A model generated the notes under the pieces. The model was not told where the DNA came from, did no database searches, and saw only the letters and a list, made by a program, of their open reading frames with translations. From a virus, in IMG/VR virus record IMGVR_UViG_3300024324_000425, positions 1 through 64,000 of that record: a DNA stretch of 64,000 nt; one strand, given 5' to 3'. Below, one piece after another: positions 56,953 to 64,000 of this stretch. A program made the translations under genes and the position numbers. Within the stretch, counting starts at the first letter, position 1. Every line of letters starts with the position of its first letter.

Positions 56953-58141
56953 TATTGTCCCATTGATCGGCGGTGAAACTCTCGGAATGGAAAGCGCTTT
57001 TGGTAAACGACCAGAGTATATTTTATCTTATGATGTGTTTGCTAGTAACGATAAACACTTATTAGAATATTATAATTATGAAGTACCGTATCATGTTTTA
57101 GATAAAGATGATATGTCAAAGGTTAACCTTGAACAGGTGGACGTAGTTAATACTGTATGTCCTTGTGCTGGGTTAAGTTCGTTGAGTGTTTCTGCTAGTG
57201 CTGACTCATCTGTTAATGATTGGATGATTAATACTACTAAACATGTATTAGAGAATATGCAACCAAAGGTTTTTTGGGGTGAGAATGCGCCACGTCTTGC
57301 AACTAAATTGGGTTCACCGGTTGTCGAGAAGATACGTAAGATTGGAAAGGAGTATGGTTATACCTTTTCGATATACAAAACAAAGAGTCTATTGCATGGC
57401 TTAAGTCAGGTAAGAGATAGAACTTTCTACTTCTTTTGGAAAGGTGATGAAATCCCATTGTTTGAATATTATAATAGACCTAATCAAAACATGTGTGAAA
57501 TGATTAGGTCAGTGCCGAGTGATCCAGCTGATCCAATGAATGTTCTTACATCTAATAAAGTTCCTTCACAAGATGATCATTACTATAAATTTATTCTTGA
57601 AGAGATTTGTGGTGGTATTACCCATAAAGAATTTGTGGCCAGTCTTGAGCCAGGTCGAAGTGTTAATGCCCAATGGTATATAGAGAAACACAGTGATTAT
57701 ACTAAAGTTGCTGATTGGTTAAGGAAGAATGGTAATCCAAAGGCTGCAGATAAAGCATTGAGAAATGCAGAGAAAATTGCTGGTGGTGGTAACCTTATGA
57801 GACGTACTAGTGAAATCCCATCTGATTATACAGGTGCCTTTGTTGGACATCTTCCTATGAACGTAACACACCCTGATGAAGATCGATACTTAACATATCG
57901 TGAAGCTATGGAGTTTATGAAGTTGCCTAGAGACTTTAATATTATTAGCCCTAAAAAGAACCTTAATCATATCTGTCAGAATGTACCTCTCACGACAGCA
58001 GCTGATATGGCAACTAATATTAAACGGTATTTAGAAGGGACATGTGAAATGATTAGAGATGATTATCTTATTCAAGACAATAAATCTAAGAAGCTAGTTA
58101 TGACAAATAGGTCAAGTTCTTTAGAAGAATTTTTAAAATAA
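56939..58141 (+). CDS. C5-cytosine DNA methyltransferase-like protein
   Basis: PCAGLS (motif IV), ENAP (VI), QVRDR (VIII); atypical motif I PLIGG and motif X QNVP. Confidence 0.7.
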   Translation: MKYASIVPLIGGETLGMESAFGKRPEYILSYDVFASNDKHLLEYYNYEVPYHVLDKDDMSKVNLEQVDVVNTVCPCAGLSSLSVSASADSSVNDWMINTTKHVLENMQPKVFWGENAPRLATKLGSPVVEKIRKIGKEYGYTFSIYKTKSLLHGLSQVRDRTFYFFWKGDEIPLFEYYNRPNQNMCEMIRSVPSDPADPMNVLTSNKVPSQDDHYYKFILEEICGGITHKEFVASLEPGRSVNAQWYIEKHSDYTKVADWLRKNGNPKAADKALRNAEKIAGGGNLMRRTSEIPSDYTGAFVGHLPMNVTHPDEDRYLTYREAMEFMKLPRDFNIISPKKNLNHICQNVPLTTAADMATNIKRYLEGTCEMIRDDYLIQDNKSKKLVMTNRSSSLEEFLK

Positions 58142-58144
58142 CGG

Positions 58145-58173
58145 TGTACATTTACCGCGTTTTGTGTTATAAT
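58145..58173 (+). promoter_or_regulatory. Early promoter
   Basis: TGTACA-17-TATAAT. Confidence 0.8.
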
Positions 58174-58204
58174 AGATCTATCAAGTAGAAAAAAGGAGAA
58201 ATAT

Positions 58205-59242
58205 ATGAGTATAATGGATAAACTCAAGAAGAATAGTAGAATTAAGGAATCGGCAATCCTTAACAAATCTAAGCTATTCACTAATCAGGATATGGTACCT
58301 ACATCAGTTCCGATGATTAACGTAGCATTGTCTGGTGATCCCGATGGTGGATTAACATCAGGCCTAACTGTACTTGCCGGACCATCGAAGCACTTCAAAA
58401 CTTCGTTTGGTTTGTTAATGGCTGCAGCTTATCTTAAGAAACATGATGATGCTATTATGTTATTCTATGATTCAGAGTTCGGCTCACCACAATCATACTT
58501 TGAAAGTTTCGGTATTGACACTAGTAGAGTATTACATACACCAATCACTGACGTTGAAGAGCTAAAGTTTGATGTGGTAAATCAGTTAGAAGCTATCGAG
58601 AAAGAAGATAAAGTTATTATTGTTATTGACTCTATTGGTAACCTTGCATCTAAGAAAGAAATGGAAGATGCTAAGAATGAGAAGAGTGTTGCTGACATGT
58701 CACGTGCTAAAGCCTTGAAAGGTTTGTTTAGAATGTGTACACCATATCTTTCAATGAGAGATATTCCAATGCTTGCAATCAATCATACCTACCAAACAAT
58801 GGAGATGTTCTCTAAAGCTGTTGTGTCTGGTGGAACTGGAATTTACTATAGTGCTGATAACATTTGGATCATTGGTAGACAACAAGAGAAAGAAGGTAAG
58901 GACATTAAAGGTTATAACTTTATTGTTAATATTGAAAAGTCTCGTTTCGTTAAAGAGAAGAGCAAGATTCCTATTGGTGTAACTTGGGAAGGTGGTATTG
59001 ATCGATACACTGGTTTATTAGATGCTGCTATTGAAGGTGGATTTGTTGTTAAGCCTACGATGGGTTGGTATTCAAAAGTGAACACCGCAACCGGTGAAGT
59101 CTCCGAAGATAAGTTAAGAGCTAAAGCATTAGATGGCGAGTTCTGGGAACCTATCCTTAAAGATCAAGCCTTCAAAGACTTCTTAAAGAATAAGTATGAA
59201 ATCGGTCATGCCACTATGATTAAAGGTGATATCTCTGAATGA
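58205..59242 (+). CDS. uvsX: RecA-like recombinase UvsX
   Basis: AGPSKHFKT, YDSEFG, DSIGNLAS. Confidence 0.95.
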   Translation: MSIMDKLKKNSRIKESAILNKSKLFTNQDMVPTSVPMINVALSGDPDGGLTSGLTVLAGPSKHFKTSFGLLMAAAYLKKHDDAIMLFYDSEFGSPQSYFESFGIDTSRVLHTPITDVEELKFDVVNQLEAIEKEDKVIIVIDSIGNLASKKEMEDAKNEKSVADMSRAKALKGLFRMCTPYLSMRDIPMLAINHTYQTMEMFSKAVVSGGTGIYYSADNIWIIGRQQEKEGKDIKGYNFIVNIEKSRFVKEKSKIPIGVTWEGGIDRYTGLLDAAIEGGFVVKPTMGWYSKVNTATGEVSEDKLRAKALDGEFWEPILKDQAFKDFLKNKYEIGHATMIKGDISE

Positions 59243-60594
59243 ATTTAGAAACATTAATATTACGTAACTTAATTCAAGATGAAAATTATACTAGAACAGT
59301 AATACCTCATATCAAGCCAAAATACTTTAATGGTCCTCATAAGATTTTATTCAATGAGATTGTTAAGTTTGTTACTGAATATGGTAAAATGCCTAACGTT
59401 GAAGCACTTAATGTTGAGCTTCAGAAGAATGGTAATATCCATCAAGATGAAATCGGTGAAGTGTTTGCTATCGCTAATGATTTGGATAAAGTGATTGAAG
59501 ATACTAATGCAGAATGGTTAACGAAACAAACTGAGAAGTGGTGTCAAGATAGATCTATTTACCTTGCCATTATGGAATCTATTGATATTATTGATGGTAA
59601 GCATGACACACTTCAAAACAATGCATTGCCTGAATTATTAAGTGATGCATTAGGTGTTTCATTTGATACTAACATTGGCCATGACTATATTGATAACTCC
59701 GATGATCGCTATGAGTTTTATCATAGAGAGGAAGAACATTTACCGTTTGACTTAGAGATGTTTAACAAGATCACTAAAGGTGGACTTGTTAACAAGAGTT
59801 TGAATATTGCCCTTGCAGGCACAGGTGTAGGTAAGTCTTTGTTTATGTGTCATGTAGCTGCAGGTGCTTTAACACAGATGAAAAATGTGTTATACATATC
59901 TATGGAAATGTCCGAAGAAAGAGTTGCTGAACGTATTGATGCTAATCTGATGAATGTACCTATTGACCAGTTAGAGAACTTAAGTAAAGATATGTTCGAT
60001 AAGAAGTTACATAAGATTGCTAACGGTGGTATTGGTAAGTTGATTGTTAAAGAATATCCTACAGGTGCTGCTAATGCTTCTCACTTCAGAGCCTTACTTA
60101 ATGAGTTGAAGTTAAAGAAGGACTTCATACCAGATTTGATTTGTGTTGATTATCTAAACATTTGTTCTAGTAGTAGAATGAAAGCTGACGGTGCTGGTGG
60201 GTCATATCAATATGTTAAAGCCATTGCTGAAGAGCTACGTGGCTTGGCTATTGAGAATAACCTACCTATACTATCCGCGACTCAAACAACACGCGGTGGT
60301 TATGGTAATTCAGATGTAGGACTTGAAGATACTTCGGAATCATTTGGTCTACCAGCAACGGCAGATCTAATGTTTGCTTTAATCTCTACTGAAGAGTTGG
60401 AGAATCTAAATCAAATAATGGTGAAGCAATTAAAGAATAGATATAACGATCCAACAGGAGCTACAAAGAAATTTGTCGTTGGAATTGATCGAGCTAAGAT
60501 GAGATTGTATGATGTCGAAGACTCTGCACAATCGTTAAATTTGGGTACTGTTCAAGCAAGTACCACTAACAACTTTGAAGGATTTACAGTATAA
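59239..60594 (+). CDS. gp41: Replicative helicase
   Basis: AGTGVGKS, DYLNIC, SESFGLPATAD, QLKNRY. Confidence 0.95.
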   Translation: MNLETLILRNLIQDENYTRTVIPHIKPKYFNGPHKILFNEIVKFVTEYGKMPNVEALNVELQKNGNIHQDEIGEVFAIANDLDKVIEDTNAEWLTKQTEKWCQDRSIYLAIMESIDIIDGKHDTLQNNALPELLSDALGVSFDTNIGHDYIDNSDDRYEFYHREEEHLPFDLEMFNKITKGGLVNKSLNIALAGTGVGKSLFMCHVAAGALTQMKNVLYISMEMSEERVAERIDANLMNVPIDQLENLSKDMFDKKLHKIANGGIGKLIVKEYPTGAANASHFRALLNELKLKKDFIPDLICVDYLNICSSSRMKADGAGGSYQYVKAIAEELRGLAIENNLPILSATQTTRGGYGNSDVGLEDTSESFGLPATADLMFALISTEELENLNQIMVKQLKNRYNDPTGATKKFVVGIDRAKMRLYDVEDSAQSLNLGTVQASTTNNFEGFTV

Positions 60595-61307
60595 TGAAAA
60601 GAACAAATAATATAAAAACAGTAGATAAGGTAGCAACACCAGTAACACACACCACAAGAACAAAAGCAACGTTAGTGAGTTATTCAACACCGTCAGAAGA
60701 GTTTAAAGAAGAAGGTTTGGATGATGTAAAAGACTTAGTTGCATACTGTGCTAGAGTAAGTAATCCATCCAACCAGCTTAATAAAGAGACCGCTGATAAG
60801 TTAATTGGGTACTTGATTAAACACCAACATTGGTCTCCATTAGAGATGGTAAGTGCTTGTATTGAAATTGAAACTACAAGAGATATTGCACGTCAAATCC
60901 TAAGACATAGATCATTTTCTTTCCAAGAGTTCTCTCAACGATATGCCGATCCTACTAAAGACCTATCATTTATGTTAAGAGAAGCTAGGTTACAAGATAC
61001 TAAGAATAGACAGAACTCTATTGAAAATAACAATGAAGTATTAAGTGCTATGTGGAGAATCAAACAAGAGAACGTTATTAAAAATGCACTTAGCGCTTAT
61101 AATTGGGCTATTGAGAATGGTATTGCTAAAGAACAAGCCAGAGCAGTATTGCCTGAAGGTAACACTATGAGTAGGATGTATATGAATGGAACTATTAGAA
61201 GTTGGATTCATTACATCGACCTACGATCTAAGAATGGAACTCAAAAAGAACATATTGAAGTTGCATTAGCGTGTGCTCAAGCTATTGATAAAATCTTTAA
61301 ATTATGA
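60594..61307 (+). CDS. thyX: Flavin-dependent thymidylate synthase
   Basis: HWSPLE, RHRSFSFQEFSQRY, QARAVLP. Confidence 0.93.
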   Translation: MKRTNNIKTVDKVATPVTHTTRTKATLVSYSTPSEEFKEEGLDDVKDLVAYCARVSNPSNQLNKETADKLIGYLIKHQHWSPLEMVSACIEIETTRDIARQILRHRSFSFQEFSQRYADPTKDLSFMLREARLQDTKNRQNSIENNNEVLSAMWRIKQENVIKNALSAYNWAIENGIAKEQARAVLPEGNTMSRMYMNGTIRSWIHYIDLRSKNGTQKEHIEVALACAQAIDKIFKL

Positions 61308-61756
61308 TACATACTAAGAAATGGGCTGATCGATACTTAAGCATTTGTAATGAAGTTGCTAGTTGGAGTAGAGACCCATCAACTCAGGTCGGTGCGGTAG
61401 TTGTAGGTGATAAAGGACAAATATTATCACAAGGTTATAACGGCTTTCCGCGAAACATCAGAGATAACGCTAATAGATATAATGATAAAAAGCGTAAGTA
61501 TGAGTTAATAGTTCATGCTGAAATGAATGCTATTTACAATGCTACATTAAATGGCCAATCATTGCAAGGATCTACAATGTATATATCTGGTTTAGGTGTA
61601 TGTCATGAATGTGCTAAAGCAATTATTCAAGTTGGTATTACACAAGTGGTTGCCCAATGTAAAGAGATAAAACCAGGTTGGGAAGATAGTTGTAATTTAA
61701 CTAAAAAATTATTTGAAGAAGCTGGTATTGATTATTTATTAGAGGAGAAAAAATGA
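61304..61756 (+). CDS. cd: dCMP deaminase
   Basis: GYNG, HAEMNA, CHEC. Confidence 0.9.
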   Translation: MIHTKKWADRYLSICNEVASWSRDPSTQVGAVVVGDKGQILSQGYNGFPRNIRDNANRYNDKKRKYELIVHAEMNAIYNATLNGQSLQGSTMYISGLGVCHECAKAIIQVGITQVVAQCKEIKPGWEDSCNLTKKLFEEAGIDYLLEEKK

Positions 61757-61914
61757 TAGCAAATTATAAAGAAAGGGTAAAGAACTTATTTACTAAAAAG
61801 CCTAACTACAAAGAGCTGTATGAAGAAGAAAGAAAAACGGCAGAAGTCTTTGAATTTAAATACAATAAGTTAAGAAGACAGTTAAAGTCTATTATAAAAG
61901 AGTGTGATCAATAA
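61753..61914 (+). CDS. Small hypothetical protein (53 aa)
   Basis: GAGGAG RBS; overlapping starts and stops. Confidence 0.55.
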   Translation: MIANYKERVKNLFTKKPNYKELYEEERKTAEVFEFKYNKLRRQLKSIIKECDQ

Positions 61915-62066
61915 TGCCTGTAATGACAAAATGGGCGGTGATATTCCATAATGGTGTTCATAAATCATTATTGGGATTTGACAAAGCCCATATTAGACAA
62001 AAATACCCTAATGTAAAATCAGTATTTAAAATGGGAATTAAACACAACACAGGAGAAATAAAATGA
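61914..62066 (+). CDS. Small hypothetical protein (50 aa)
   Basis: TAATG coupling to the upstream ORF. Confidence 0.45.
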   Translation: MPVMTKWAVIFHNGVHKSLLGFDKAHIRQKYPNVKSVFKMGIKHNTGEIK

Positions 62067-62194
62067 GTAAGACAGCAATTGATGGCGTAAAGATACGCAA
62101 AGATAACAACGGCAATAGACTAAGTAAGAAGACTTATAGCCACGGCAGCTATAGATGCAAACGTAAGCCACAGTCAAAGAGATGCAAGAAGTAG
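62063..62194 (+). CDS. Small basic protein (43 aa)
   Basis: AGGAGA RBS; Lys/Arg-rich. Confidence 0.5.
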   Translation: MSKTAIDGVKIRKDNNGNRLSKKTYSHGSYRCKRKPQSKRCKK

Positions 62195-62337
62195 TTGATT
62201 GGTTGAACATAGCGATAATCCTAATATTAGCTGGTATAGTAATGGGGATTGCGTTAATATCAGCATTGATATGGACACCGTTTTTATTATTAGGGATAGC
62301 ATTAGATTATTATGAAAGCAGAAAAAGATTACGATAA
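62182..62337 (+). CDS. Small membrane protein (51 aa)
   Basis: Long hydrophobic stretch and a basic tail. Confidence 0.45.
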   Translation: MQEVVDWLNIAIILILAGIVMGIALISALIWTPFLLLGIALDYYESRKRLR

Positions 62338-62629
62338 GTGGTCCTTCGTTGAGAAGGATTTAGATCAAGAGCAATGGTTTATTAAGTTAGAAGGTGGGTT
62401 ATATCATGGTGTTGTATATAGTTACGATGCTATTAAGTTGAATGAAGATGATGAATCCATTTCATTTGATTATGAGGTGGTTGATTATTTAGATGAAGAT
62501 CCTCATGGCACTCCAAGATTCAACGAATGTGTTGGTGAAATTCTAAAGCTTGTGTTAGATGATGCTATGAAAGCAGGTGATTATGTTATAGGTAAGAAAG
62601 ATGAACGAAGCCCTAATAATCCTAGCTGA
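62312..62629 (+). CDS. Conserved T4-like hypothetical protein
   Basis: IKL..G.Y.GVVY.Y...FDYEV. Confidence 0.6.
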   Translation: MKAEKDYDKWSFVEKDLDQEQWFIKLEGGLYHGVVYSYDAIKLNEDDESISFDYEVVDYLDEDPHGTPRFNECVGEILKLVLDDAMKAGDYVIGKKDERSPNNPS

Positions 62630-62864
62630 AGAATGTGCCGAGGTCCAAGTTGAGGTGTCCAAGATACTTCGTTTTGGTGCTGAAGAAGGTAATTTAAAGA
62701 ACCTTGAAAAAGAGATAGGTGATGTTATTGCAATGATGGCTATCTTAGCACATCAAGGTATTATTAATGAAGACGTGATAATGCGTAGAGTCCCATCTAA
62801 ACTACGAAAGTTAAAGAAGTATAGCGATATTAAAGATTTAGATATTATTATTAAAAGTTTATAA
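62601..62864 (+). CDS. MazG-like NTP pyrophosphohydrolase
   Basis: EECAEV...SKILRFG...EIGDV. Confidence 0.7.
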   Translation: MNEALIILAEECAEVQVEVSKILRFGAEEGNLKNLEKEIGDVIAMMAILAHQGIINEDVIMRRVPSKLRKLKKYSDIKDLDIIIKSL

Positions 62865-62867
62865 ATA
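62860..62867 (+). promoter_or_regulatory. Late promoter TATAAATA (leaderless)
   Basis: 5 nt before ATG 62873. Confidence 0.7.
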
Positions 62868-62872
62868 GACTT

Positions 62873-64000
62873 ATGAAACTAGTAATACTAACCAAAGACG
62901 TTAAGTCTGAAACTGTTGAGCGTCTATCCGCTGAAATGACTAAAACCGGTGGTGAAGTTTATGCGGTAAACCTTGAAGGTGCCTACCTTAAAGACAATAA
63001 GATATTCAACATCGATGATAAGAAGGGATTTGAAATATCCCCTCAAGATACAGTCGTTGCTGTTCGCGGGTCAATCACCCTTAAAGACTCTTATTTAGAC
63101 CTACTATCTCAAATAGAAAAACGAAAAATCATGACGGTCAACAACCGCTTGTGTAATGAGATATGTGCTGATAAATTCAGAACTTCAATTATCCTCGATG
63201 AGGCTGGTATAGCTCAACCTAAGACCGCCTTAATTGCTATTGGTGATAATATCAAAACCAATTACCCTGAGCAAGCATTTAACAAACTAGATACTAAATT
63301 CCCAGTTATTCTTAAAACCCTACGTGGTGCTAAAGGTGTCGGTGTATTGCTTATTGAGAGTATGCAAGCTTTAGAATCTATTACCCAATTATTATATAAG
63401 CTTGATGAAAGCTCTGATTTGTTATTACAAGAATATATTAAATCAGACTTTGATATTAGAGTGCATGTATTAAATGGTGAAATCATTGGGGTTATGCAAC
63501 GCAACGTGCCAGATGATGATTTTAGATCAAATTACGCGCAAGGTGCAACCACTGAAAAATATAAGCTATCTAAGAAAGAAGAGGAAGTTGCACTAGCAGC
63601 TGCTAACGCCGTTAGTGGTTATTGGGTTGGGGTAGATTTTATTCCTAATAAGGGTAATCCATTAGTACTTGAAGTGAATTCATCAGCAGGCACTGAGGGC
63701 ATCGAGCAGACTATTGGATCATCTATTAATAGAAAAGTAATTAAAACCATAACTAACTCAGATAATTGGATTAAAGCTAAAACTGCGATTGGTGTTAGAG
63801 AAATATTTGAATTTGATTTGTTTGGTAAGATGAAGGCCAAATTAGATACTGGCAATTCTGTTAAGACTCTTGTTATGCATGCCGACGATCTTGTAGTTAA
63901 AAATGATAAAGTAACCTTTACATCCCACGGCCGTGAATATACAATGAAGCTGTATGGTATTAAAAAGATTAGATTAAATGGCGACAATGGATTAGAAGAG
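62873..64000 (+). CDS. RimK-family ATP-grasp ligase fused to a retropepsin-like (RimB-type) protease domain (3' truncated)
   Basis: Not in the ORF track; my translation gives DKFRT, PKT, FPVILKTLRGAKGVGV, QEYI, DIRV, FRSNYAQG, GVD, LEVNSSAG, then KAKLDTGN. Confidence 0.85.
   Translation, partial: MKLVILTKDVKSETVERLSAEMTKTGGEVYAVNLEGAYLKDNKIFNIDDKKGFEISPQDTVVAVRGSITLKDSYLDLLSQIEKRKIMTVNNRLCNEICADKFRTSIILDEAGIAQPKTALIAIGDNIKTNYPEQAFNKLDTKFPVILKTLRGAKGVGVLLIESMQALESITQLLYKLDESSDLLLQEYIKSDFDIRVHVLNGEIIGVMQRNVPDDDFRSNYAQGATTEKYKLSKKEEEVALAAANAVSGYWVGVDFIPNKGNPLVLEVNSSAGTEGIEQTIGSSINRKVIKTITNSDNWIKAKTAIGVREIFEFDLFGKMKAKLDTGNSVKTLVMHADDLVVKNDKVTFTSHGREYTMKLYGIKKIRLNGDNGLEE

Noticed and set aside
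1896-63987. Numerous minus-strand and short nested ORFs in the track
   Set aside because: They lie antisense to or inside well-supported genes and have no motifs; only 19152..19664 is accepted
1-64000. Stop-codon reassignment, introns or inteins
   Set aside because: Core genes are intact and of ordinary length in code 11, TAA, TAG and TGA all terminate genes, and no homing endonuclease or intein motifs were seen

Overview
This window is part of the genome of an AT-rich, T4-like (Tevenvirinae-type, probably marine) myophage, and almost every gene is on the + strand. From left to right: (1) the end of a Gly-rich tail-fibre gene, its partner and a holin-like gene (1-2.5 kb). (2) A ~17-kb accessory island (2.56-19.66 kb) that starts at a gp55-type late promoter. 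It encodes six radical SAM enzymes, a Cys-repeat protein fused to a peptidase-S74 self-cleaving chaperone, four glycosyltransferase-like proteins, an amidinotransferase, a DegT aminotransferase, an NDT/MilB-like hydrolase, a UDP-glucose dehydrogenase, an epimerase and two deacetylases. (3) phoH and candidate head internal proteins. (4) The T4 core morphogenesis block gp13-gp23, then gp3, uvsY and uvsW. (5) An early replication region: gp55, gp47/46, a VWA + CobS-like AAA pair, gp45, tRNA-CAU, gp44/62, regA, hsp20 and gp43. (6) A cytosine-modification cluster (dCMP hydroxymethylase-like, alpha-glucosyltransferase, C5-methyltransferase-like), then uvsX, gp41, thyX, dCMP deaminase and a RimK-protease fusion cut off by the window end. 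The best candidate for an undescribed system is the late-expressed radical-SAM/glycosylation island and its self-cleaving Cys-rich putative substrate (5572-6240). Systematic leaderless genes and an orphan antisense early promoter are also notable. All family calls come from motif recognition by eye; no database searches were run.
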